A stretch of DNA of 64,000 nt, from assembly GCA_049510295.1 (NCBI GenBank), contig JBEKZC010000012.1, forward strand, positions 5,492-69,491. The letters are read 5' to 3'. The number at the start of each line of letters is the position of its first letter. Within the stretch, counting starts at the first letter, position 1. The notes under the pieces are model-generated. The model ran no database searches. It saw only the letters and a program-made list of their open reading frames with translations, and was not told the DNA's origin. Below, piece by piece: positions 26,146 through 35,076 of this stretch. A program made the position numbers and the translations under genes. This DNA comes from Verrucomicrobiota bacterium. Lineage in GTDB: Bacteria; Verrucomicrobiota; Verrucomicrobiia; Limisphaerales; UBA11358.

Positions 26146-28458
26146 ATGACGGAATTCCAAATCATGAAAGACCAGATCGTCCGTCTGTTGGGCCAAAAAG
26201 ATTACGTCCCGGCCAATGTGCCGGAGCTGCTCCGGCTGCTTCGGCTGCCGCCCCACCGCCAGCAGGTGTTGCAGGGCGCGCTCCGTGAACTGGAGCAGAC
26301 GGGCCGGGTCGCGCGCATCAAAGGCAACCGTTACGTCCAGCCGCGCGAGGCGGATTTGATTCCGGGCCGGATCCGGATGAACCGCCAGGGCAAGGGCTTT
26401 CTCCAGCCGGACGATGCCGGCCTCAAGGAAATCACCATCCCGGAGGACGCGACCGGCACGGCCTTGCACGAAGATCGTGTGCTGGTGCGGCGCGATGTCC
26501 GGCCCAAGGGCTTGCGCTCCGGCGCCGCTGAGCCGGACACGGGCACGGTGGTCCGCATTCTGGAACGGCGGCGCACGCAGATGGTCGGTACGCTGCAACG
26601 GGGACGCCGGTTTCTCTACGTCATTCCCGACGATCCGCGCATCCCGCACGATATTTATGTGCCGGAGCCGCGCGACCTGGGCCGGCCCGCGCGCATTGGC
26701 GACAAGGTGGTGGTCGAATTGCGCGAATGGGAATCGCGCCACACGAATCCAGAAGGCGAAGTCGTCGAAGTCCTCGGTGCGCCGGATGCGGAAGGCGTGG
26801 ACATGCTCTCGGTGCTGCGCCAATACGATTTGCCGCTGCATTTTCCCAAACTCGTCCTGCACGAGGCGCACGCCATCGGCACGACGGTTCACGCGCGCGA
26901 CGGGGCGGGTCGCGTGGATTGCCGCCGGCACCGGGTCGTCACGATTGACCCCGACGACGCGAAGGATTTCGACGATGCCATCTGCCTGGAGCGCGTTTCG
27001 CCGGAACAATGGCGGCTGTGGGTCCACATTGCGGACGTGTCACATTACGTGAAGCCCGGCACGGCGCTGGACGCGGAGGCGCGCAAACGCGGCAACTCGA
27101 CCTATCTCGTGGACCGCGTCATCCCGATGCTGCCCGAGGCGTTGAGCAACGAACTGTGCTCGCTCAAACCGGACGTGGACCGCCTGACCAAGTGCGTTGA
27201 GTTTCTCGTGTCGAGTGAAGGGCGGGTGTTGAACGCGAAATTTTATTCCGCCGTGATCCATTCGCAGCGGCGCTTCACCTATGGCGAGGTGCTGGAGATT
27301 CTTCAGCGCAAACCCGTGTCCGATCCCATCGAACAGATGCTGCATCAGGCGCATGAACTCGCCCAGCGCATCCGGCGATTGCGGTTCAAGGCCGGTTCGC
27401 TCGACCTCGATTTTCCCGAAACCAAAATCCGGCTGGACGAACGCGGGTGCATTTTGCGAATCGAAAAGACCGTCAACGACGTGTCGCACCAGTTGATCGA
27501 GGAATGCATGCTGCTGGCCAACGAGGCGGTGGCGACGCGGTTGATGAGCCAGCATACGCCGGCGGTTTATCGCGTCCACGAAGAGCCGGACGAGCGGCGT
27601 TTGCAGGAGTATCGCCAGGAGGTGTTGAGCCAGAACGTGCCGTGCGGCAACCTGCGCCAGACCACCGAGGTGCAGAAGTTGTTACACCGGCTCGGCACGC
27701 TGCCCATCGGCCCCGCGCTCAAGATTGGATTTCTCAAATCACTCATGCGCGCGCGTTACGCGGTCGAACCGCTCGGGCATTACGGCCTGGCCAAGGCGAA
27801 ATACACACACTTCACCTCCCCCATCCGCCGCTACGCCGACCTCGTCGTCCATCGGGCGCTCTTCGAGAAAAGCCACGTGCCGGCGTCCGCGCTCAAGGAA
27901 ACCGCCGAACACATTTCCGTCACCGAACGCAATTCCGCCGACGCCGAACGCGACAGCAAGGACGTCAAGCTGTTCGCGTTCCTGAAGGCGCAATTGCAAT
28001 CCGGCCGGCCGGAGCGTTATCCCGCGCTGGTGACCGATGTGCGCAACTTCGGCTTTTTTGTGGATGTGCCCGGGCTGGCGATGAGCGGACTGGTGCCATT
28101 GTCCACGATCGAGGATGACTTCTTCGTGTTCGATGCCGCGCGCAACAATCTCGTCGGACGCCGCACACGCCGCACGATTCGGCTGGGCGACCAGGTGACC
28201 GTGTCGGTGGCCAAGGTGGAAACATTCAAGAAGCAGGTGGATTTCCGTCTGGTGGAAGACCGCAAGCCGCTCGCGCGGCCTGCCGTGTGGCGACCTGTCC
28301 ATCGACTTGTCGCGCCGAAGCTTTGCGAAGGCGGAAGTCCCGCAACGCGGGACGAAGTTGGAAGCTTTACACGGCCTCCGGCCGGACGATGGAACCCGCC
28401 TCCGCGCGGAGCGCCGGGACGGCCGGCCAGAGGCAGGCGGCGCGGCAGAAGAAACTGA
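26146..28458 (+). CDS. rnr: ribonuclease R
   Basis: The RNB catalytic motifs are TIDPDDAKDFDDAI and HFTSPIRRYADLVVHR. There are N-terminal cold-shock-like domains, a C-terminal S1 domain and an Arg/Pro-rich basic tail. The start was chosen at 26146 (MTEFQIMKDQ). Confidence 0.93.
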   Translation: MTEFQIMKDQIVRLLGQKDYVPANVPELLRLLRLPPHRQQVLQGALRELEQTGRVARIKGNRYVQPREADLIPGRIRMNRQGKGFLQPDDAGLKEITIPEDATGTALHEDRVLVRRDVRPKGLRSGAAEPDTGTVVRILERRRTQMVGTLQRGRRFLYVIPDDPRIPHDIYVPEPRDLGRPARIGDKVVVELREWESRHTNPEGEVVEVLGAPDAEGVDMLSVLRQYDLPLHFPKLVLHEAHAIGTTVHARDGAGRVDCRRHRVVTIDPDDAKDFDDAICLERVSPEQWRLWVHIADVSHYVKPGTALDAEARKRGNSTYLVDRVIPMLPEALSNELCSLKPDVDRLTKCVEFLVSSEGRVLNAKFYSAVIHSQRRFTYGEVLEILQRKPVSDPIEQMLHQAHELAQRIRRLRFKAGSLDLDFPETKIRLDERGCILRIEKTVNDVSHQLIEECMLLANEAVATRLMSQHTPAVYRVHEEPDERRLQEYRQEVLSQNVPCGNLRQTTEVQKLLHRLGTLPIGPALKIGFLKSLMRARYAVEPLGHYGLAKAKYTHFTSPIRRYADLVVHRALFEKSHVPASALKETAEHISVTERNSADAERDSKDVKLFAFLKAQLQSGRPERYPALVTDVRNFGFFVDVPGLAMSGLVPLSTIEDDFFVFDAARNNLVGRRTRRTIRLGDQVTVSVAKVETFKKQVDFRLVEDRKPLARPAVWRPVHRLVAPKLCEGGSPATRDEVGSFTRPPAGRWNPPPRGAPGRPARGRRRGRRN

Positions 28459-28557
28459 AAAAATGGAGGCGCGTTTCCAACGGCAGGCAAGGCCTTTGCA
28501 GAAGGCGCCATCCACTTACGCTGCGCTTCGGCACGCCGCTCGTCCCGGAGGGACAAC

Positions 28558-28710
28558 CGGAAATTAGCCCGGCACAACGTGCCGGGTTCACCGTCCAAAA
28601 CAAAATCCGTCCTGAAGGGACGGTGGAAGTCCAACGTTCATTTCCATCGTCCCTTCAGGACGTGATTTTTTCTTCATATTCACCGGGGACGTTGTCCCCG
28701 GCTAATTTCC
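28558..28710. repeat. nested palindromic element downstream of rnr
   Basis: The outer arms are ggaaattagcccggcacaacgtgccgggttcac / gtgaa...ccggggacgttgtccccggctaatttcc. The inner arms are cgtcctgaagggacg / cgtcccttcaggacg. Each arm is itself a hairpin. Confidence 0.7.
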
Positions 28711-28741
28711 ATCCGTCGCTCCGCGACTAATTGACATGAAT

Positions 28742-29245
28742 TCAGCCCTCGCGGATATCCGGCCACAGCGGTTCCAGGTCCGGGTCTTGCAGGGCCATAT
28801 GTTTGATTTTGCGGGCGTCGCCCAGCGTGCATGCTTTATCCAGCCAGGCTTTGGCCGCGTCCAAATCGCCCAACTGACAGTCGTAGCATGCCAGGTTATA
28901 GGCGATGATTTTTTCCTTGGGAAATGTCTGTTGGGCTTGAATCAGAATCGCCCGGGCCTGGGGAATGCCCCCGCCGGTTTTCCGCCGGGTCGCATACGCC
29001 AGCGAAATCCATGCGCCCGGCTCTTCCGGTTCCAGCCGGGTGAGCGTCCCGGCAATTTCCGCCGCCGCTTCCCATTTCCCGGCTTGGGCGTGAATGTCGA
29101 ATTGAACGGCGAGCACGTCCGGATGGGACTGGAATTGCGGCGCGATTTTTTCCAGCTCCGCGCCGGCCTCCGCGATGTTGCCCAATCCCAGCCAGCCGAT
29201 GGCGGCTGACAGATGATGGCTGTCCGGTGGTTCCAGCGGTTTCAT
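28742..29245 (-). CDS. tetratricopeptide-repeat protein
   Basis: TPR-like helical repeats are visible (AIGWLGLGNIAEAGAELEK, LAYATRR, IAYNLACYDCQLGDLDAAKAWLDKA). The length is 167 aa. Confidence 0.65.
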   Translation of the reverse strand: MKPLEPPDSHHLSAAIGWLGLGNIAEAGAELEKIAPQFQSHPDVLAVQFDIHAQAGKWEAAAEIAGTLTRLEPEEPGAWISLAYATRRKTGGGIPQARAILIQAQQTFPKEKIIAYNLACYDCQLGDLDAAKAWLDKACTLGDARKIKHMALQDPDLEPLWPDIREG

Positions 29246-29386
29246 ACGTGGGGAAGAATACAGAATTCAGGAGCCAGAATCCATGATTCAGGAAATGAGG
29301 AAGCCAGGAATCGAGGAAAAATTATCTCCGGTATTCTAAGTTTCCTTGTTTGTCTGTGTATCCTGTCGTTTTTCGCGATACCCGAA

Positions 29387-30097
29387 CTATGGGGAGCCTT
29401 TCCTGTCCTCCATAAATTTTTTGATCTCGGCGATTTTCGGCCTAAAAGTTTGTTCCCGGATCACGCCGTTGGAATGCTCTCCGCCGAGCGGAATTTCACA
29501 AATGAACTGCGAACAGTCTTCGGTCACCACGGCCATGTTTGGCGCCCAGCCGCCTTCGTCCGGTCCGAAGAATCCCTTTTTCACGGCGTCAGGGACCTTG
29601 TCCAGTTCGCTCTTATGCCGCACAAAGACCAGGACCAGGGCTTTGTTGAACACCGTGTAGAAGCCGGCCAAATCGTTGCCGCCACCCTGGGCCATCGGCT
29701 CGAACTGCCCAAAAAATGAATCCCAGACCATGATGAAGCCGATCGGTTTCTTTTCTGCCTTCGCCTTTTTCTTGGCCGCTTCCAAATCTGCCAGCCGGAA
29801 GGCCCGGTTCAGTCCCATGATTATGGGGCGGTTCTGCCGGGCGATGTAAAATCCCTCTTCATAAGGGTCGTAATTGTATTTCTGCGCGAGGTCGTCGGGC
29901 AGGTTGCTGAAAAAAACTTTTGCCCGGCTGACACCGTTCGTCGTGGTATGGGAAAAAAGAATGGAATCCGGCAGCTTCTTCACGTCGGTAACATTCTCAT
30001 ATTTCTTTCCGTCCCGGGTTGTTATGTCATCGGCGTGGCAGGTCATCAAAACCAGACCGGCCACGATGAAGAGTCCCCGGCCGAACAGACATTTCAT
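29387..30097 (-). CDS. hypothetical secreted protein
   Basis: I prefer the start at 30097 (MKCLFGRGLFIVAGLVLMTCHADD, a signal peptide). The ORF track extends to 30289. No motif was recognised. Confidence 0.5.
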   Translation of the reverse strand: MKCLFGRGLFIVAGLVLMTCHADDITTRDGKKYENVTDVKKLPDSILFSHTTTNGVSRAKVFFSNLPDDLAQKYNYDPYEEGFYIARQNRPIIMGLNRAFRLADLEAAKKKAKAEKKPIGFIMVWDSFFGQFEPMAQGGGNDLAGFYTVFNKALVLVFVRHKSELDKVPDAVKKGFFGPDEGGWAPNMAVVTEDCSQFICEIPLGGEHSNGVIREQTFRPKIAEIKKFMEDRKGSP

Positions 30098-30372
30098 GGG
30101 TGACACGCCGCGAATCAAGAAGAATGGGTTCATAATGCCGACTTTGCCGCGTTGGGTATGGGCGTCAAGCGTAAAACGGGAAAAGGGAGAACATTTCATC
30201 GTCGCAATTTTGCCATGGAGAACAGGTGTGAGATGGAAAACGGCAGCATCGAATCCCGAGCAACACGGGACGGCTTCGGAAAGTCGCATTCAACGCTCAA
30301 CTTTGGACCCAGATTCCAGACCCAAACTTGCTATTCCGTCAGCATTTTTGATTAATCGCCACTCACATGGGC

Positions 30373-31155
30373 CTATGGCGCGATAGGCGCGCTGTACAAT
30401 GGCACGGTGGCGCGCAGGCTCAACAAATACGCCGCGAGTTCCACGGCTTCCGGCTTGGGCACGACTTCATAACCGGCGGGTGACGCGAATTCCTTTGGAA
30501 ATTGGAGCGCGTCCGGCGAAGGCATCGCGCCAGCCTTGCGGACTTCAAACAGGTAACGGAACGGCGGCATGGTCGAACCTTTCACCACGCTCGACGGTGC
30601 GTAAAGATGGACCAACTGCCAGTTTGCATCCGGCGCACGCACGCCGATGTTCGCCAGATCCGGCCCGGCGCGAAGGCTGCCCAACTGCACCGGCTGGCCG
30701 TAAAGATAATCCTCGGCCACGCTTTGGCGCATTCCCCACCCGCGCGCAATGTCCGGCCCGGTGGCCACGATGTGAATTTCAGCTTTTGCTCCAGCGGCGG
30801 TGATTTTGTCCACGGCTTTGTCGGCGTCTTCCTTGGTTAGATTGGTCAATGCCAGGGATGAAATCAGATTCGTCACTGCTTCCGGATTTTTCCCGGCATC
30901 AGTCAGCGTCACGTCACACGCGATGCCGGTCTGCCGGACCTGTTCGGTGTGGCAGGCGGCGCAGCCGTTGGCACGATAAACCGACAAACCCTGGTTCGCC
31001 TCGCCGGGGCGCCCAACCGGATAAACATCGGATGAATTGAGAATGATCGTCTGTTTTGCGCCACCCAACTGCAATTCCGGCGCGAGCACGAAGCCGCACC
31101 AGGAACCGCCCAGGGCGACGAACACCGCGAGAAAAATCCAAAAGCCGTTTTTCAC
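30373..31155 (-). CDS. CcoO-like monohaem cytochrome c (cbb3 subunit II homologue) with an internal insertion
   Basis: It has an N-terminal TM anchor, the haem motif CAACH in the context GLSVYRANGCAACHTEQVR, and the CcoO C-terminal pattern GSLRAGPDLANIGVR...W...HLYAP...STMPPF. A segment of about 60 aa (TGIACDV...GPDIARGWG) interrupts the canonical spacing. An ATGA overlap links it to the upstream CcoN-like gene. Confidence 0.7.
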   Translation of the reverse strand: MKNGFWIFLAVFVALGGSWCGFVLAPELQLGGAKQTIILNSSDVYPVGRPGEANQGLSVYRANGCAACHTEQVRQTGIACDVTLTDAGKNPEAVTNLISSLALTNLTKEDADKAVDKITAAGAKAEIHIVATGPDIARGWGMRQSVAEDYLYGQPVQLGSLRAGPDLANIGVRAPDANWQLVHLYAPSSVVKGSTMPPFRYLFEVRKAGAMPSPDALQFPKEFASPAGYEVVPKPEAVELAAYLLSLRATVPLYSAPIAP

Positions 31156-32690
31156 ACCTTCACCTCCCCGCCTTCGCCTCCGGCTTCGGCGCGGTCGCGC
31201 CGTAGCGAAGCGGAGGCGGACGGCTTCTCCAGCGGCGCGGTCACGACGGCAAACGCCTTTTTAACCAGCGACTTTTCCCAAACGAACGTCATCGCAAAAA
31301 GGTTCAGGGCGAACAGCGAATTGCCCAACAGAATCAACAGCAGGCCGATGGTGCTGGTGCGCAGGAATGGCAACATCGCCTTCGTCGCATCCATGAAGGC
31401 GATGTTGAAATTGTCCAGTTTCATCCCCTGCTCCACCCCGCCGATGGCCAGTGGCAGGACCAGCAGCACGACCCCGGCCGTCGAAATCCAGAATTGGGCG
31501 CGCGCAAGTTTCGGGAACGGGAGTTCAAACCCGACGGCGCGTGGCAACAAATAATAAATCGCACCGAACATCGTCATGGCGAAGAAGCCGTAGAGTTGCA
31601 GTTGGGTCTGCGCCGGGCCGAACCAGGTGAATTCCGTCACCCGGCTGATTCGCGGGCACGCCATCGCGATGAGCATCAGCGACGAGAGACCGAAGGACAT
31701 GAGACCGAACCGGATGAAACAAAACGGCCCGCCCCTCGGTTCGCAGTTGATCGAGCCACAAAGGGTTTGCCACGCGATGGTGGCAACGGCGAGCACGGGC
31801 ACAACAGTCAGCACGGCGGCGAAGGAACTGAGCACCGGCATCCAGGCCGGCACCGGCGCGCCCGGCGGAATGCCGCACCAGGTCCCGAAAAGAATCAGCG
31901 TCCAAAACGCGAACAGGGCGAGGTAATAACTTTGCAGCGGGCATCCGCTGAATTTCGGCAGGAAATAAAACGCCGTGCCGATGCCGGCCAGCGCGAGCCA
32001 GACGAACAACAGATTGCCGGCGAACCACCAGCCGATGATGGCCTGCACCACGCCGCGCACCGGCCAAGCGACCAGGAACAAATTGGCTGTCGAGTAAATC
32101 CACGGAAACCAGAACAGCGCGGCGACCAAAAACCAGTGCGACGGATACAACGCGCGTTCGCGGCGGGCGGCAAAATTCATCATCGCCCACAACGCCAGCA
32201 GCAAATAAGCGAAGAACAAAATGACCGAACCGGCGCGCGGAAATTCAAGCCACGCAAAGCCGGTGCTGTTGCCGGACAAAATGCCAGCCAGACCGACGAG
32301 CACGCCCAGATGCCAGAGTTTTGCCGCGACAACCGGCACCATGGCGCCCCGCAACGGCGCCTGGCCGAGTTGTGCGAACAGCCACAGCGCAACACCCAGT
32401 CCGGCGGGAATGCAGAAGCCGTAAAGCAGCGCGTCGTCGGCCGCCGCTTGAACCCGGCCATAAGTCAGCCACGGGCAATGGGCGGGAAAATCGGGCGCAT
32501 GAAATTTAATCGAGGCCATCAAACCCAGCACGGAACCCAGGACGAGCCACAGCGCCGCGCCGCCAAACAACGCGAGCAACGGCACGCGCAGGGAAGCGTC
32601 AATCGGTGGGGCGAGGCCACTGATCCCGCAATGCGGGACGGGGACGCTCGCCCCACCAATATTGTTATCAGATTTTTCGTTCACGATCAT
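31152..32690 (-). CDS. CcoN-like polytopic membrane protein (cbb3 subunit I homologue) lacking all haem/CuB histidine ligands
   Basis: The 512-aa product has about 12 or more TM helices. It is collinear with CcoN motifs, but GRVQAAADD replaces GRLRPLHTN, WWFAGN replaces WWYGHN, GIPPGAP replaces GPHHLHY, and EFTWFGPAQTQ replaces HYTDWTIGHVH. There is no His at all after residue 185. Confidence 0.7.
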   Translation of the reverse strand: MIVNEKSDNNIGGASVPVPHCGISGLAPPIDASLRVPLLALFGGAALWLVLGSVLGLMASIKFHAPDFPAHCPWLTYGRVQAAADDALLYGFCIPAGLGVALWLFAQLGQAPLRGAMVPVVAAKLWHLGVLVGLAGILSGNSTGFAWLEFPRAGSVILFFAYLLLALWAMMNFAARRERALYPSHWFLVAALFWFPWIYSTANLFLVAWPVRGVVQAIIGWWFAGNLLFVWLALAGIGTAFYFLPKFSGCPLQSYYLALFAFWTLILFGTWCGIPPGAPVPAWMPVLSSFAAVLTVVPVLAVATIAWQTLCGSINCEPRGGPFCFIRFGLMSFGLSSLMLIAMACPRISRVTEFTWFGPAQTQLQLYGFFAMTMFGAIYYLLPRAVGFELPFPKLARAQFWISTAGVVLLVLPLAIGGVEQGMKLDNFNIAFMDATKAMLPFLRTSTIGLLLILLGNSLFALNLFAMTFVWEKSLVKKAFAVVTAPLEKPSASASLRRDRAEAGGEGGEVKV

Positions 32691-33049
32691 TCAAAGGCGC
32701 TGGGTTTCTCCGGGGCTTGAGGTGCCGGGGCGGTCGCCTTTTCAACGCGCGCCGTCAGGTTCGATCGCGCGGCGGCGGGATCCTGCCCTTCGCATTCGGT
32801 GATTTGCATCGCCACCTCAATCGGCAGGCGCACGAGGCCGCGATCCTGGTTAATCCAGCCGGGATGGTTCAGCGCCTGGTTTTCGGCGGCGCGAATTTCG
32901 GCCAGGGCCTTGGCGCGCACGGCGGCGCGGTCGGCGTCAATGGCCGGGACCGACATGGACCATTTCACCTTCACCACGATCGCAGCAAACAAAAAGCACG
33001 CGATGAGGAAGCCGACGCCGGCGGGCCAGACGATGCGTTCGTTGTTCAT
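32687..33049 (-). CDS. small single-TM protein of the ACIII operon (120 aa)
   Basis: The N-terminal TM segment is WPAGVGFLIACFLFAAIVV. ATGA overlaps link it to both actF (upstream) and the CcoN-like gene (downstream). It may be an ActG-like accessory subunit (inference). Confidence 0.55.
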   Translation of the reverse strand: MNNERIVWPAGVGFLIACFLFAAIVVKVKWSMSVPAIDADRAAVRAKALAEIRAAENQALNHPGWINQDRGLVRLPIEVAMQITECEGQDPAAARSNLTARVEKATAPAPQAPEKPSAFE

Positions 33050-34296
33050 TGGCGACCTCCGGTGGTTGATGTCACGCCGGAAATCTCTTCACGCGCGACG
33101 TAACGGATTCCCATGGCTTCGAGCAGGCGCGGGTCCTTTTGCGGGAACGGTGCGTGGCGGTTAAAATTTTTCAGGAAAGCCCAACTGAGAAATCCCCCCA
33201 TGAACGCGAGACAACCGAGTTGCAGCCATATCCATTTGAACGGATAGCCGTTCGGATGTTGCGCCGGCAGGATGTTGAAGGACAAGTCCACAAAGTTCAT
33301 CGCCAGTGCCCACAGACAGACCGGCAGCATGATTTTGAAATCAGTTTTCGCCTTCACGGGCAGCAGCACGAAGAACGGCAGCAGGAAATGGCCGAAGATG
33401 AGGAGCAGGCCCATCCACCACCACGAGCCATGTTCGCGGATGAGATACCAGAAGGTTTCGCCGGGTGTGTTCGCATTCCAGATGACGAAGTATTGCGCGA
33501 ACTCGAGGTAAGCCTGGAAGATGGTGAACGCAAAGAACAGCAGGCCCAGGAAATAAAACTGGTTGTCGTGCAGCACGCGGTCGAGGATGCGCTGGCGTTG
33601 CAGGAGCACGGTGATGACATAGACCGCCGCCAGCGCCGCCCAGGCGCAACTGGCGAAAAAGTACACGCCGTAAATCGCCGAGAACCATTGGTATTGCACG
33701 GCCTGCATCCAGAGCACGCCGGAGAAGGTCAGTGTCAGCGCAAAGGCCACCATCCCCCACCCCGAATGGAAACGCATCCGCTGCGTACCAAGTGCACCGC
33801 TGGTTTCGTCCTGCTTGAGCGACCAGTAACGCAGCCGCGACGACAGCAGCCACCAGAGGCCGAAGAAAATCGCCGACGTGATGTAAAATCCGGGCATCGT
33901 GAACACCGGCCATTTCGCGCTCAACGAGCTGTTGGCATGCGGGTCGGCCATCGTCATCCACGAATAAATGTGTTTCGCGAAAAACGCGACTGGCAGAAAC
34001 AGAATCGCCAGCCAGGGAAACAACAGCGACGCGATATGCTCGCAAACGCGGCGTATGGCCACCGACCAGCCGGCGTCGCTCAAATGATGGACCATCACCA
34101 GGAACAGCGCCCCGAGGGCGAGGCTAAGGAAAAACATGAACGCCAGCAGCCACGAATAACCGAACTCCGCCGGATCTTTTACGGCGCCAATCGCCGACAA
34201 CACCGCGCCGACGACCATCAAGACGGCGGGCGCCTTCCGCCATCCGGACAAGTCCAGCGGCGGCGGCAAAGGTGTTATGTTGTTGGGCAAACTCAT
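33046..34296 (-). CDS. actF: alternative complex III subunit ActF (NrfD-like membrane subunit 2)
   Basis: A polytopic 416-aa membrane protein in the conserved position after actE. Confidence 0.8.
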   Translation of the reverse strand: MSLPNNITPLPPPLDLSGWRKAPAVLMVVGAVLSAIGAVKDPAEFGYSWLLAFMFFLSLALGALFLVMVHHLSDAGWSVAIRRVCEHIASLLFPWLAILFLPVAFFAKHIYSWMTMADPHANSSLSAKWPVFTMPGFYITSAIFFGLWWLLSSRLRYWSLKQDETSGALGTQRMRFHSGWGMVAFALTLTFSGVLWMQAVQYQWFSAIYGVYFFASCAWAALAAVYVITVLLQRQRILDRVLHDNQFYFLGLLFFAFTIFQAYLEFAQYFVIWNANTPGETFWYLIREHGSWWWMGLLLIFGHFLLPFFVLLPVKAKTDFKIMLPVCLWALAMNFVDLSFNILPAQHPNGYPFKWIWLQLGCLAFMGGFLSWAFLKNFNRHAPFPQKDPRLLEAMGIRYVAREEISGVTSTTGGRQ

Positions 34297-34302
34297 GTTT
34301 TT

Positions 34303-34402
34303 AAAGTAGGACAGGCGTCTCGCCTGTCTGCGAAGCGCACAAGCGCAAGCATTTATTCCTCGCTTCGCGAGGCTTGGGCAGGCGGGACGCTTGCCCTACT
34401 TT
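34303..34402. repeat. palindromic repeat family B (AAAGTAGGRCAGGCG...CGCCTGCCCTACTTT)
   Basis: The arms aaagtaggacaggcgtctcgcctgtc and gggcaggcgggacgcttgccctacttt flank a central gcgaagcg/cgcttcgc hairpin. It fills the actF-actE gap. A second copy lies at 37231-37327. Confidence 0.75.
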
Positions 34403-34419
34403 ATGGCAAATTCTGTTCT

Positions 34420-35076
34420 TCATTTTTTCAAGGCGGCCTGCTGGTCTGGCGGCAAGTCGTCCACCGAACCCAATTGGCTCAATTGCAACGCGCGCAGATA
34501 AGCGATGACCGCCCAGCGGTCGGCCACCGGCACCATCGGCCCATGCGCGCCCATCAAACCCTTGCCGAAAGTAATCGTGTTGAATATTTCGCCGTCGGCC
34601 ATTTCCACGATGCGCTTGTCCTGCAAATTGGCCACCGCCGGCATCACGCCAAGTTTTTTGCTGATGCCGTTGCCGTCGCCGAGCGCGCCATGACAGGGCG
34701 TGCAGTAAATATTGAAGCGCTCGCGTCCATGCTGGAGCAACGGACCGGTGACGGACAGCGGATTGGTCTCCACAAAATTTGTCGTGCCGGTGACGCGACC
34801 GGTGTTGACCGGCGCATCTTCAAAGGGCCAGACCTCGCCGCTGACGGTTTGCAGCAGCTGGCCGCGCGCAATCGTGCCGGGCGGCGGCAATTGCGAACTG
34901 AGTCCATTCGGGAAAAAGTCGTTGGGCTGTTGCGGGCGCAGTTTCAACTGCCGGTCCATGTCCGGGAAAACCTCGATGGGCGGCTGGCGCGACAACCGTC
35001 CCTGCCGCCCGGCGATGCCAACGCCCACGGCCACGCCCGTCAGCAAAATCAAAATGATGTATAAAAGTTGGCGCAT
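34420..35076 (-). CDS. actE: alternative complex III subunit ActE (monohaem cytochrome c)
   Basis: It has a single CTPCHG haem motif with a downstream Met, and an N-terminal hydrophobic anchor. Its start overlaps the actD stop by 1 nt (TGATG). Confidence 0.85.
   Translation of the reverse strand: MRQLLYIILILLTGVAVGVGIAGRQGRLSRQPPIEVFPDMDRQLKLRPQQPNDFFPNGLSSQLPPPGTIARGQLLQTVSGEVWPFEDAPVNTGRVTGTTNFVETNPLSVTGPLLQHGRERFNIYCTPCHGALGDGNGISKKLGVMPAVANLQDKRIVEMADGEIFNTITFGKGLMGAHGPMVPVADRWAVIAYLRALQLSQLGSVDDLPPDQQAALKK

Noticed and set aside
33139-35064. 641-aa plus-strand ORF across actF/actE, and similar long ORFs at 37445..39238, 35785..36675 and 31494..32720
   Set aside because: All are antisense to ACIII or CcoN-like genes that have clear haem, Fe-S, TAT and TM signatures. 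Their translations are highly Arg/His/Gln-rich. They are shadow ORFs.
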